A DNA stretch of 63,414 nt, filler included, from Bacteriovoracaceae bacterium (GCA_018649885.1; 7 parts of 7 records of this genome joined end to end with filler, not necessarily neighbours in it); one strand, 5' to 3'. Positions 28,408 through 38,934 are shown, counted from the first letter of the whole stretch. Made by a program: numbers and translations. Notes: generated by a model from the sequence alone, not told the origin.

Positions 28408-30084
28408 ATGGATGATAAAAAGATCATATACTCAATGTCTGGTGTGGGTAAGGTCTACCCAGGAAGAAAGCAGGTTTTAAAAGATATTTCTCTCTCTTAT
28501 TTCTATGGAGCAAAAATCGGAGTGCTTGGATACAATGGCTCTGGGAAATCTTCTCTTTTAAACATTATGGCCGGAATAGATGATGATTTTTTGGGAAATG
28601 CCGTGCTCTCAAAGGGCTACAAAGTAGGCTACCTTGAGCAGGACCCAAAACTTGATAAAGATAAAACTGTAAAAGAAATTGTTGAAGAAGGTGCTAAAGA
28701 GACAGTTCAACTTCTCAAAGACTTTGATGATATAAATGCAAAGTTTGCAGAGCCTATGTCTGATGATGAAATGACCGAGCTACTTGCAAAACAAGCAAAG
28801 GTTCAAGATAAACTCGACGCCGCTGAAGCCTGGGATCTTGATTCAAAACTTGAGCTTGCGATGGACGCCCTTAGATGTCCTCCAGCAGATCAAAAAATAG
28901 AACATCTCTCAGGTGGTGAGAGAAGAAGAGTTGCACTTTGTAGACTTCTTATTGAAGAGCCAGATATTTTGCTTGTTGATGAGCCCACTAACCATTTGGA
29001 TGCAGAAACTGTATTTTGGTTGGAAAAGCATCTTCATAATTACAAAGGCACTGTCATTGCCGTGACTCACGATAGGTATTTCTTAGACAATGTGGCTGGC
29101 TGGATTTTAGAGCTTGATAGAGGGCAAGGCATTCCCTGGAGAGGAAACTATTCATCTTGGCTTGAACAAAAAGGAAAGAGATTAAAGACAGAAGAAAAGC
29201 AAGAGTCCAAAAGACAAAGAGCTCTTAGCTCAGAGCTCGAATGGATTAGGCAATCTCCTAAGGCCAGACAAGCAAAAAGTAAGGCAAGGGTTGCAAGATT
29301 TGATGAACTACTCAAAAAGAGTAAGGACAAATCATTTGAAACCACTGAGCTTTTCATTCCACCAGGACCAAGACTTGGAGACAATGTACTGGAAGTCAGT
29401 GGTGTGAGTAAATCTTTTGGCGATAAGCTTCTCTATGAAAATCTTAATTTTAAGATTCCTCCAGGTGCAATTGTAGGGATTATTGGTCCAAACGGTGCCG
29501 GTAAAACAACTCTTTTTAGAATGGTTATGGGAGAAGAGCAGCCCGACGCAGGTACCTTTAAAGTGGGAGATACTGTTAAATTTTCCTACGCTGATCAATC
29601 CAGAGGAATGGATCCAAACAAAACGCTGCTGGAAAATATCGCTGGTGATAGAGATATGATTACTGTTGGTGGTAAGGAAATTAACACTCGTGCTTATCTT
29701 TCGAAGTTTAATTTTTCTGGCGATGATCAAAAGAAAAAATACACTGAGCTCTCAGGTGGAGAAAAAAACAGAGTCCATTTGGCAAAAACTCTTTTATCAG
29801 AGGGAAATGTACTTCTGCTGGATGAGCCTACCAATGATTTAGATATAAATACACTTCGAGCACTTGAAGATGCACTTTTAAACTTCCCTGGAAGTGCAGT
29901 GATTATCTCTCACGATCGCTACTTTCTAGACCGTGTGGCCACACATATTCTTGGCTTTGAAGGAAATAGTGAAGTTTATTTATTTGAAGGTAACTTCAGT
30001 GACTACGAAGAAGATAAAAAGAAACGACTTGGAATCGATTCAATTGTTCCCAAGAGAATTCAATACAAGAGACTAAAGAGGTAG
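28408..30084 (+). CDS. ettA: Energy-dependent translational throttle A (ABC-F ATPase)
   Basis: DISLSYFYGAKIGVLG, two ABC cassettes, ELEWIRQSPKARQAKSKAR, IPPGPRLG and RIQYKRLKR. Confidence 0.96.
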   Translation: MDDKKIIYSMSGVGKVYPGRKQVLKDISLSYFYGAKIGVLGYNGSGKSSLLNIMAGIDDDFLGNAVLSKGYKVGYLEQDPKLDKDKTVKEIVEEGAKETVQLLKDFDDINAKFAEPMSDDEMTELLAKQAKVQDKLDAAEAWDLDSKLELAMDALRCPPADQKIEHLSGGERRRVALCRLLIEEPDILLVDEPTNHLDAETVFWLEKHLHNYKGTVIAVTHDRYFLDNVAGWILELDRGQGIPWRGNYSSWLEQKGKRLKTEEKQESKRQRALSSELEWIRQSPKARQAKSKARVARFDELLKKSKDKSFETTELFIPPGPRLGDNVLEVSGVSKSFGDKLLYENLNFKIPPGAIVGIIGPNGAGKTTLFRMVMGEEQPDAGTFKVGDTVKFSYADQSRGMDPNKTLLENIAGDRDMITVGGKEINTRAYLSKFNFSGDDQKKKYTELSGGEKNRVHLAKTLLSEGNVLLLDEPTNDLDINTLRALEDALLNFPGSAVIISHDRYFLDRVATHILGFEGNSEVYLFEGNFSDYEEDKKKRLGIDSIVPKRIQYKRLKR

Positions 30085-30085
30085 C

Positions 30086-30508
30086 TTGGAATACTTAAAA
30101 GAGAATAATGTTTATTTAGTTAGAATTGATAGGGGAGAGGATTTAATGTCCTCCCTATCTAATTTAGCAATAGAAGAGCAGCTACAATCCGGCTCTGTAA
30201 CAGGGATTGGAGCACTAGAAAAAATCAAACTAGGCTTTTATCACTTGGATACTAAGACCTATGATTCAAAAGTTTTCGAAGGGGAATATGAGCTTTTATC
30301 ATTGAGTGGAAATCTCAGCTTTATGGAAAATGCTCCTTTCTTCCACCTACACGCTCAATTAAGTGGGGCAGACTATAGCTGCATCGGAGGCCATCTTTTC
30401 GAGGCAACTGTAGCTGTAACATGCGAAATTTATTTAACATGCAACAACTTTGCTCCCACTAGAACCCTCGATAGCGAGGTGGGTCTCAATACACTGTCCT
30501 TTAAGTGA
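30086..30508 (+). CDS. PPC/DUF296 domain protein
   Basis: Motifs RIDRGEDL, GIGAL, ELLSLSGN, HLHAQ and GGHL. Confidence 0.9.
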   Translation: MEYLKENNVYLVRIDRGEDLMSSLSNLAIEEQLQSGSVTGIGALEKIKLGFYHLDTKTYDSKVFEGEYELLSLSGNLSFMENAPFFHLHAQLSGADYSCIGGHLFEATVAVTCEIYLTCNNFAPTRTLDSEVGLNTLSFK

Positions 30509-30576
30509 CCCCCTTGTGCTTTTGGATGCACCATACCATAATATGAGAGTAGCTGTGTGCTTTACTTGGGGTAAAT

Positions 30577-31821
30577 TTGAGCTATAGATATTTAACCATC
30601 CATTTCTATCTGGTACTGCTAGTTGCCCTTTTGGGTTGTGAGCAGGGTAGTGGCGTGGATGAAAGATCCAATTTTTCTGGAGAGCTCGAAAAAATTGATA
30701 GAGGCCTTGAAATCGAAACCAAAGCCGACGAACTCTTAGCAAAACAAAACCTTTTCAAAAATATTTTCGAACAAAGTGACGATGTTTTAATTGATGACCT
30801 TCAAGATTGGGCCAACGATCTCAACTTACAACTCACTTATTTTTTAAATGCCTACCGCTCCTCACTTGGAATTTCAGTTATTCGTGAACTTGAAGACACT
30901 TTTGATAAAATCACCTTACTACTTGAAGTTTTAAATGAACAAGAAGCTGGTGGAGTTGATATCCTGCCAGGGGAGCTTAGCTACGGCATTCGAGCAATAC
31001 TTATCGATGGAGGCGACGCTGACATTGATTTCGATTCGATCTTTGTATTCACCGAAGACATCCAGGCATTGCAGTTAGTAGAGAGTAATTTTAGAGACCT
31101 TTTTCGCGAATCTGGGGTCAATACAAAACTGACAGATCTAGAAGAGTGGAGAGTATTTGCAATCGCTGAGATTGATCTTTTCTTACTCGAAAATCTCGAC
31201 AAGTGTGAGCCCAGTCTTCTTGAAGATCTTCAAAATGGTAGGGCACAATTAGTTGAACAAGAAGAATTATTCGATAACTTAATTAACCTTCTAAGAAGAA
31301 CTATTTTGCCAGTAGATATCGCTGAGGGAATTACAGCATTGTGTGTAAGTGACAGCGAAAGATTAGACTGGGAGGGCATTTTTACGGTCGTGGGAGACTC
31401 GGGATTTTCTAATATCGATTTTGATGAAATTAAAGAAATGATCGATGAAGATGGCAATATTGATATTATGGGAATTACTTATCCCATAGCTCAGGTTGAA
31501 TACGAAAGCTTCAGTGCATTTTTAGGAATGGATGAACACGAAGATGATCTAAATGATATTTTACTTTTTAACACCAACTCAGCACTTGAAGATCTTCAAG
31601 AAATCGATGAAAGCAAGCCTCCAAAAAAATGGTTACTGGCGTTAGCATTCAAAAATAAGCTTAAAAAGACCAATAAAAAGCTAATGAAAGACCTATCCGA
31701 CACCTACAGAGAAAAGATAATTGGAGGTTACGGATTCTACTTTGATGAGCTCCAAGTGTTACTAGAATCTCAAATGGCACAGGACCTTGAAATTGTGACA
31801 ACGGGGCTTGAACTCAAATGG
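30577..31821 (+). CDS. Acidic hypothetical lipoprotein (3' end cut by the contig edge)
   Basis: LLGC lipobox; long open frame running into the linker. Confidence 0.6.
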
Positions 31822-31921
31822 NNNNNNNNNNNNNNNNNNNNNNNNNNNNNNNNNNNNNNNNNNNNTTAATTAATTAANNNNNNNNNNNNNNNNNNNNNNN
31901 NNNNNNNNNNNNNNNNNNNNN
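31822..31921. other. Artificial contig linker
   Basis: N-TTAATTAATTAA-N. Confidence 0.99.
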
Positions 31922-32630
31922 CAAGTGCTAGGGGCTGATTCAGTTCTGGTGCATATAGTTGGATAGCCCCGCCTGAAATCGTATCCACACATTTATTACT
32001 GCGCTTTGATTTTAGAACAGGAGCCTTGCCGGGCCCATCAGAATCTAAAAAAGTGCGATGGATGCCAACCAATTCACCACCTCTGGTTATCATTGCAACC
32101 ATACACGGGAACTTCCCGTAGGACTTCCCGTTATTCCAATACTCAAGTGAAGGGTGTAGCCGAAGCGTATCAGGTGGCATGACACACAACCCTCTAAACT
32201 CAAAATATTGCCTCAATCGTCTCGCCCCAGGTTGCGACTCAGCCCATATCCGCCCAAGTTGCTTACGTTCTCTCTTCCAATCTTTTTGGGATGGTAGCTG
32301 TGGTGTTTGATAGCGGAGTGTGGGCATGGCGCTTTCAACCAACCCAAGATAGTTTGTAACCGCTCTCAACGATTCTGGGAATGTCCAAGAGTTTGCCCAT
32401 TGTAAGACTGCAAAACCATCAGCACCCCCCTTACAGACATTGCAGAAAATCCCACCACTCTCTGCAAAATCGTTATGGCATCTAGCACGATCCTTCCCTC
32501 CGCAAAATGGACAAGGCCCATGTCTCTTTCCTCTTTTAATAAGTAATGAAAGGTGAGGGGCTAGAGTTGCGATGATCTCCGGCCATCTTCCAATTGCAAA
32601 TTCTTTCAATGTCTCAACACTCAGCCGCAT
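31922..32630 (-). CDS. P4-alpha-type zinc-ribbon DNA primase of a phage/satellite (3' end cut by the contig edge)
   Basis: Motifs AIGRWPEII, HGPCPFCGGKDR, FCNVC..ADGF and GIHRTFL..DG.GKA...GGAIQL. Confidence 0.88.
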
Positions 32631-32673
32631 AGATACCCCCTGGTTTTTTCAAACAATTCTTCGACTTAAAGCG

Positions 32674-32940
32674 TTAATCAAAATCATCGCCTGACAGTCC
32701 CCCGTCTTTCGTGAGGTAGGCTTCTAGGTCATCCAATCTGTAGTAATACTCCTGGCCGTCCTTAAACCAACGAGGCCCCTTACCCATGCTCCTCCAATTA
32801 CGCAGAGTACGAGGCTTCAACCCTATGACAACACGCTCAATATTCTTCGCACTGACAAGGAGTGGGCGAAATTCTCCAGACTTAAACTCGATAATTCGAG
32901 CGTCATTAGGTATTGGCTCTTGTTTTCGTTTTCGAGGCAT
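32674..32940 (-). CDS. Excisionase/AlpA-like HTH protein
   Basis: GLKPRTLRNWRSMGKGPRWFK...YYRLDDLEAYL. Confidence 0.8.
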   Translation of the reverse strand: MPRKRKQEPIPNDARIIEFKSGEFRPLLVSAKNIERVVIGLKPRTLRNWRSMGKGPRWFKDGQEYYYRLDDLEAYLTKDGGLSGDDFD

Positions 32941-32995
32941 ATCACAAAATATAAATCACAACTGGTAAAAAATGTTACTAATGTTGACAAAAAAA

Positions 32996-33811
32996 CTATT
33001 TGAAATCAGGGTCGTTTATTAGCCACTCAAGAAACTTAATATTTCCCCTGGCCTCAAGGCGGTCTTCTTTGGTGTGGCTTTTTTGTTCAATAAAAGCAAT
33101 CAGATCATCGAAGACTATTTTTGACATTTGTGGCTCAAGATTCTGATATAGCTCCCTTTTCAACCTATATCCTTCTTTCGAGTAAACAAGATTAACAACA
33201 TCATAAATGGCACGAAACCCATTAACATCACTTACTTCTATATGCTCATACCCTGCGACCGTACTGCCCTCAAAAAATCTGAATATCCGGGCAGGGGTTG
33301 TCCGCCCCTTTAAAATATCCTTCAAAACATAATCCTTAATTAACTGGCGGAGAGGCTCTCCATAAGAATCAACATCTGCAAACAATGGATCATTTTCAAA
33401 GTCAAGAGGGCCGTCAATTTCACCACTTAGAACTTTCCTGTGCTTACGTATGATATGCCCAGAAAACGCATAGGAAAACTTAGTCTGCAAATCATGATGA
33501 TTTTTCATAAACTCCTTTTCCGTTTTCCATTTCCTCAAAACCCCGTAAGACACTCCTGCCGCACGCGCAACCTCTTTAAGAGGCCAATTACGCATCAGGT
33601 AAAACAAGGCGGAATACTTTTGAACGCTGTAGCCAATTTTCTCTCCCTTAATCGTTCCCTTTCTTTGAGCAGGAACAAACTCATCCATTGCCTCAAGCAT
33701 GAACCTATTCAGCAACGTCATCACCCGCTCCTTCTTAACAGGCGCTCCACTCTTCTTTTTTGTCCTGCTCTTGGCTTTAATTTTCTTCTTCACCTTCGCC
33801 CCATTAACCAA
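32996..33811 (-). CDS. Hypothetical protein with an HTH (mobile-element regulator?)
   Basis: LKEVARAAGVSYGVLRKWK and a basic N-terminus. Confidence 0.55.
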   Translation of the reverse strand: MVNGAKVKKKIKAKSRTKKKSGAPVKKERVMTLLNRFMLEAMDEFVPAQRKGTIKGEKIGYSVQKYSALFYLMRNWPLKEVARAAGVSYGVLRKWKTEKEFMKNHHDLQTKFSYAFSGHIIRKHRKVLSGEIDGPLDFENDPLFADVDSYGEPLRQLIKDYVLKDILKGRTTPARIFRFFEGSTVAGYEHIEVSDVNGFRAIYDVVNLVYSKEGYRLKRELYQNLEPQMSKIVFDDLIAFIEQKSHTKEDRLEARGNIKFLEWLINDPDFK

Positions 33812-33969
33812 TCAACAATATTAGTAACAATAATACTAATATGTCACTAATGTCAACGAAAAAGCTGTCTTTAGGCATTTAGGAACCCTTCTGGCAACGC
33901 ACAGAGAAACAGTCTAATTTCGCAAACAAGTGGCAAAATAGTGGCAAACAGAACCATAAAAATAAAAAT

Positions 33970-33994
33970 GGGTTATGACTCGAAGTCATAACCC
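33970..33994. terminator. Hairpin just downstream of the tRNA fragment
   Basis: GGGTTATGACT-CGA-AGTCATAACCC, flanked by A- and T-rich runs. Confidence 0.6.
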
Positions 33995-34005
33995 CTTGTT
34001 TTAAG

Positions 34006-34056
34006 TGGTGGGCCGTCTCGGGATCGAACCGAGGACCTACTGATTAAGAGTCAGTT
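34006..34056 (-). mobile_element. att site: 3' fragment (51 nt) of tRNA-Lys(CTT)
   Basis: The minus strand reads AACTGACTCTTAATCAGTAGGTCCTCGGTTCGATCCCGAGACGGCCCACCA (anticodon arm, T-arm, acceptor 3' strand, CCA). The 5' acceptor strand and D-arm are absent. Confidence 0.85.
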
Positions 34057-34495
34057 ACTTCGCATAACTCGCAACAACTCATAACAACACACAACAATAG
34101 ATTCAACAAATTAGATTATATTCATTATTGGTAATTACTACTGAAACTTGTTCATTATGATATGCAAGTGTCACTACGAGTGTCACTATTATTTTTATGC
34201 AGAATATGACAGACCGTTACTCCATCCTTCCTAAATTATCCAGCACTCACCATTAAAGAAGCCGATCCGATCGCTGATCCAGCCTAAAGTTTAATTTTAT
34301 AGGGTCAAACACTCCCAAAGGCTAATAAATCATTACAGAAGAATGGCATGGCACCAATTTAAGGCTATTATTAACTTTTTCACTTTCCCAATATTTGTTA
34401 TATTGCCAGATCTACCAAATGGTTAAGCTAAAGCATTTAACACGTATTATTAAGCTGGCGTTTCATAACCTTGAACTAGCTGAAGAAATATAGAC

Positions 34496-36994
34496 ATGAC
34501 TACGGAGCTTGAATTGAATTCATTGGAACTAATAGGGGTTGAGGAAAGTCGCATAAAGAGCATTTCAAAACCCTTTAGAGTTTTAGGCATTGATTTAGGA
34601 ACTACAAATTCAACTATCTCAGAAATTCTATGGAATCCCAATACTCCAAATAACTTTAAATGTGTATGCCTTGAAATTGACCAAGAAACCACATCAGGTG
34701 TTTACAGCAATTATTTAGTCCCCTCAGTCATCGCCATTCATAATAATAAAGAAGTTGTGGGTGAGGGAGCAAAAAGGCTGTTTGGTCGAATGGTAGAATT
34801 CAATCTTACACAATATGAAAATATTTTTCTCGAATGTAAAAATGACATGGGTTGTAGGCGAACCTATCATAAAGCTCCCGATGGATATAGATCACCACCT
34901 GAAATAAGTGGAAAGATACTAAAGTTTCTTACAGAATCTGTTCCCGCAGAAAAAAACTTTCCAACTAAGAAAACTGTAATTACCATTCCCGCCTCATTTC
35001 AAGTTGCCCAAAGAACGGATACTCTAGAAGCAGCAAAAAATGCCGGAATATCAATATCTGGTGGGGAGTTAATTGACGAACCGATTGCCGCATTTATTGA
35101 CTTTTTATTAAATCATCCTGATAAAATTATTAAAAGTCTAAAGCTATCTAGTAAAGTTATTGTTTTCGATTTTGGTGGAGGAACGTGTGACGTAGCAATC
35201 TATCAAGTAATGAAAAACATAAACTCAAAATGTCTTGATTTTTCACCATTAGCTGTATCTCGCTATCATCGTTTAGGTGGAGGAGATATTGACCGAGCAA
35301 TTATTCACGATGTTTTATTACCTCAATTATTGGAGCAAAATAATTTAAAAGCTAGTGATTTAGGGTTTGAAGAAAAGAAGATATTTATAGAGCCCTCGCT
35401 TACTGCGGTCGCTCAAGCCTTAAAAATTGGGATTTCGAATGAAATAAGCCAACTAGAAGGTTTTGATAAGTATGAAGGCAAGGAAAAGAAGGAACTAGTC
35501 AAAATTCAACCAGGAAGACATATTTGCTCTCTCAAAGACCGTGACTTTATTTTGCAGTCCCCATCAATTAATGCTGAACAATTTGAAAAACTTTTAACAC
35601 CATTTTTAGATCAAGATTCTCTTTATGCGAGAGAAACTGAATATAATTTAACCTGTTCTATTTTTGCCCCTATTCAGGATGCCATAGATAGAGCACTCAT
35701 CTCTGCTGATGATATAGATTTTTCACTAATGGTTGGTGGCAGTAGTTTAATTCCTCAGGTTCAAAAAGCTGTTAAAAATTATTTTCCCAGTGCAGATACG
35801 TTAAAACACACGGATAAAGAGTCCTCGCAGTTAGCAATCTCAAAGGGAGCATCCTATCATGCTCTTGCATTAGAACTAAGAGGCAAGGGACTTTTTCAAA
35901 TAGTAGCAAACGATAAAATATCAATAAGAACAGAATCAGGCTCGGTTGATTTAATTCAAAGAGGGGAACAATTGCCCTTTCCAAAATCAAATAAGTGGCG
36001 TGAAATTTCTTCGCTTGTTGTTCCTGAAATCAACAGAACCAATCTCGTAAAGGTCAATCCCAATACAAATACTCCAGACTTTTCAGACCCAACCAGTATC
36101 ACTAATAGCTCTAATGATATTAGGGTAGAATTAATCGCTGGCATAGATGATGATGAAAGGCTTCTTTTTGAAGAGCTTTGGAGAATTCCAAATTCCGTAA
36201 AAGGAGGTGAACCACTTCTACTCAAATACAGGATGGATGAAAATCAAGTTTTCGAATTTGACTTAAGTATTCATTCGAAAAATGACTTTCCGTCATTTGA
36301 GTGCTCTATTGAAAATCCGCTAACAAATGTCGTAAACCCAAACCAAACTCGAATACGGATTCAGGAAGCCGAGGAGGATCTTAGGGCTGGAAACGTTCCA
36401 AAAAATGAAATTCCAGATAAAGTGGTAGAAATTGCTCGTGATTACAGCGAATTAAATCAAATCGAAAAGGCAATATCCTTTCTTCAAAGAGCACTAAAAA
36501 TGAAGAAAGAACCTGATTCTCATATTTTAAATCTGCTTGGAATGAATTTTGGCGACCTTAATAATTGGGAAAAAGAAGAAAGTTACTATAGGGAGGCTGC
36601 TAGAGTATCTACTAGTCGAGCCCCTCTTTTTAACCTCGCCCTTTCGCAAAAAGATAGAGGAAAATATAAGGATGCCAAGGTAACCATTAATGAAGCCATT
36701 TCAAGAGAGAGAGACGGGCCATCCATTACACTTAAAGCTCAGATATTTAAATCACTTGGCGAAGACAAACCTTACAAGGAAAACTTAAGTGAGGCTCTTG
36801 ATTGTTATGAAGACATGGATAATATGTCCGACTGGGAGCTTGGTTGGTACCTAACAGCCGCAGGACTATCAGGTGATGATGATCTGAAAAAGACTATTAA
36901 AAGTGAGCAGAAGAAAAGGGCCGCTAAATCCAAAGGCTCACTTGAGGGCAGAGGTGCCTTACCTGAAATTTCCTTAAACCTGGATACGAAATGA
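34496..36994 (+). CDS. Divergent Hsp70-family ATPase with C-terminal TPR repeats
   Basis: Motifs GIDLGTTNS, ITIPASF, IDEPIAA, VFDFGGGTCD, LGGGDID and VGGSSLIP. TPR-like helices AISFLQRAL and PLFNLALSQKDRGKYKDA. Confidence 0.88.
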   Translation: MTTELELNSLELIGVEESRIKSISKPFRVLGIDLGTTNSTISEILWNPNTPNNFKCVCLEIDQETTSGVYSNYLVPSVIAIHNNKEVVGEGAKRLFGRMVEFNLTQYENIFLECKNDMGCRRTYHKAPDGYRSPPEISGKILKFLTESVPAEKNFPTKKTVITIPASFQVAQRTDTLEAAKNAGISISGGELIDEPIAAFIDFLLNHPDKIIKSLKLSSKVIVFDFGGGTCDVAIYQVMKNINSKCLDFSPLAVSRYHRLGGGDIDRAIIHDVLLPQLLEQNNLKASDLGFEEKKIFIEPSLTAVAQALKIGISNEISQLEGFDKYEGKEKKELVKIQPGRHICSLKDRDFILQSPSINAEQFEKLLTPFLDQDSLYARETEYNLTCSIFAPIQDAIDRALISADDIDFSLMVGGSSLIPQVQKAVKNYFPSADTLKHTDKESSQLAISKGASYHALALELRGKGLFQIVANDKISIRTESGSVDLIQRGEQLPFPKSNKWREISSLVVPEINRTNLVKVNPNTNTPDFSDPTSITNSSNDIRVELIAGIDDDERLLFEELWRIPNSVKGGEPLLLKYRMDENQVFEFDLSIHSKNDFPSFECSIENPLTNVVNPNQTRIRIQEAEEDLRAGNVPKNEIPDKVVEIARDYSELNQIEKAISFLQRALKMKKEPDSHILNLLGMNFGDLNNWEKEESYYREAARVSTSRAPLFNLALSQKDRGKYKDAKVTINEAISRERDGPSITLKAQIFKSLGEDKPYKENLSEALDCYEDMDNMSDWELGWYLTAAGLSGDDDLKKTIKSEQKKRAAKSKGSLEGRGALPEISLNLDTK

Positions 36995-38226
36995 GTTGGC
37001 TTATACCGAAAAATGAATTGACCCCTGACCAGATTAGGGCCACTGAATTATCACCATCTGAAAATAGAATAATTTCAGGAGGTCCCGGCTCAGGAAAAAC
37101 TCAAATCCTTCTTCATAGAGCAAGGTATCTATTGGATTTATGTGGCAATAAAAATAATTATAAAATAATGGTTTATACAAACGTTTTAAAGGACTACATA
37201 AAATCTGACATTAACTTATTAAACTTACCAGAGGACAATGTCCTTACGTTCGACCACTGGTGCAGACTTTTTTACGAAAGCTACATAGGTGGTAAAATTC
37301 CTTGGAATTCTAAAGCACGGCAACCAAATTTCTCAGCCACCAGAAGTGCCGTTTATGAGTATATAGATAAAAATTTAACCAAACCTATCTATGACTTTAT
37401 TTTAGTTGATGAGGCTCAAGATTTAGAGGAAGAAGTATTTAACTTATTAAATAAAGTTGCTCAGCACGTCACAGTTTGTTTTGACCAAAAACAACAGATC
37501 TATGACACAGGAACTATAGAACAGGATGTTCTCGATGCTTTAGACATAAGAAAAAAAAATATAAATCTTATTGAAGCTTTTCGAGTTTCCCAATACTTAA
37601 TTGTATTAGCAAGTCAGTTTCTCCCTAAAGGAAATGAGAGAGATTTCTTCCTTGACCAAAGAAGAACAGCCAAAATGGCAAAAGAAACTCCTTTACTGTA
37701 TTACGCTGAGAATTTTGATGATGAAAAAGAAAAACTTTACGAAATGGTTAGAGAACGTCAATTAATGAATGACCGAATTGCTATATTATTTCCTCAAAAC
37801 AGACAGGTATTCGGATTTGCACAAGGCTTGAGAGAGATTGGCATAGAAGTTGAGGTTCCTAATAAGCAAAACTCTAAAAACAATGCACACAGAACCCATG
37901 ATTTTACAAGTAATCGACCAAAATTAATGTCCTATCACAGTGCCAAGGGACTCACATTTGACTCAGTATTTTTGCCTCGACTGGTTAAAAGGTCATTTAG
38001 CTGGCTTTCTGATGAGAATGTTGAGAAGCTACTTTTCATGGCAATAACCAGAGCAACAAAATGGGCATATTTCAGTACCGCAGAGGACAATCCATTGGAA
38101 ATATTGTATAAGCTTGAATCATTAGAAGAATCGGGTACGATAAAATTATTAAGGGGAACTGAAGACCGAAGGTCAAAATCTACCTCATCGAGCAAAAAGG
38201 ATGGTGATGATTTGGACTTTTTATAA
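36991..38226 (+). CDS. Compact UvrD/Rep-like (SF1) helicase
   Basis: Motifs GGPGSGKT, ILVDEAQD, DQKQQIY, SYHSAKGLTFD and FMAITRA. ATGA overlap with the Hsp70 gene. Confidence 0.9.
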   Translation: MSWLIPKNELTPDQIRATELSPSENRIISGGPGSGKTQILLHRARYLLDLCGNKNNYKIMVYTNVLKDYIKSDINLLNLPEDNVLTFDHWCRLFYESYIGGKIPWNSKARQPNFSATRSAVYEYIDKNLTKPIYDFILVDEAQDLEEEVFNLLNKVAQHVTVCFDQKQQIYDTGTIEQDVLDALDIRKKNINLIEAFRVSQYLIVLASQFLPKGNERDFFLDQRRTAKMAKETPLLYYAENFDDEKEKLYEMVRERQLMNDRIAILFPQNRQVFGFAQGLREIGIEVEVPNKQNSKNNAHRTHDFTSNRPKLMSYHSAKGLTFDSVFLPRLVKRSFSWLSDENVEKLLFMAITRATKWAYFSTAEDNPLEILYKLESLEESGTIKLLRGTEDRRSKSTSSSKKDGDDLDFL

Positions 38227-38531
38227 TCATCACCATACTGCAACGAACGAAACACATAGCCGTAAAATTAACACTGCCTCCCCTCCCTTGTTGATTTAAT
38301 TGTTAGCAAAATTTAATTTAAACTACTTTTAATCAAGTAATGCTCCTCAAATCCCCCCCCCAAAAAGCCCCAGAGTGACCTAAATTACCTTACTTTCTAG
38401 TTCTGCATGGGGCTCCCCACACTAACGCACTGAAAATACTACTATTATGATAGATACTTTTTTTCTGGGATTGAGTTCTTCGATGTGGCAATATCAGCAA
38501 CTTCAAAACAAAAAATATTGATGAGGACAAA

Positions 38532-38825
38532 ATGACAAAGGCTGACCTTGTTGAAAAAGTATCTCAGCAGATAAATTTGACAAAAAAACAAACGGAAGTA
38601 GTAGTTAATACTGTATTTCAATCCATAACCGAATCGCTTGAAAATGGTAAAGGTGTAGAAATCAGAGGTTTTGGTAGTTTCCGAATTCGTGAAAGAAATG
38701 CCAGGGTTGGTCGCAACCCTAAATCAGGAGAAGCGGTAGACGTTCCCGCTAAAAAAGTCCCCTTCTTCAAGGCAGGAAAAGAGTTGCGTGAGATTGTGGA
38801 TGAGAAAGGGTTGGAGATTTCATGA
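38532..38825 (+). CDS. HU/IHF-beta family DNA-binding protein
   Basis: MTKADLVE...VEIRGFGSF...GRNPKSGE...PFFKAGKELR. Confidence 0.95.
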   Translation: MTKADLVEKVSQQINLTKKQTEVVVNTVFQSITESLENGKGVEIRGFGSFRIRERNARVGRNPKSGEAVDVPAKKVPFFKAGKELREIVDEKGLEIS

Positions 38826-38934
38826 GCTACAGAGATACAGCCTCTTTTGGAAAACGTCAGGAATATTCAGTCATCGCTGAACTTTTAAAGCGTGGCTTCG
38901 ATGTCTATATGACTTTAGTAGACGATCAAGGAAT
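38822..38934 (+). pseudogene. N-terminal fragment of a PD-(D/E)XK-type nuclease
   Basis: GKRQEYSVIAELLKRGFDVYMTLVDDQGI matches the helix and first strand of small restriction-like nucleases. It breaks off just before the expected catalytic Asp. Confidence 0.55.

Noticed and set aside
34006..34081. Functional tRNA-Lys gene
   Set aside because: The D-arm and the 5' acceptor strand needed to pair with GGCCC-ACCA are missing; only the 3' 51 nt are tRNA-like.
34496..36994. Housekeeping dnaK
   Set aside because: It lacks the canonical substrate-binding signatures, has a TPR tail, has no dnaJ/grpE nearby and sits in an island.
36991..38226. Gabija (GajB)
   Set aside because: There is no adjacent OLD/TOPRIM nuclease (GajA); the partner is an Hsp70.
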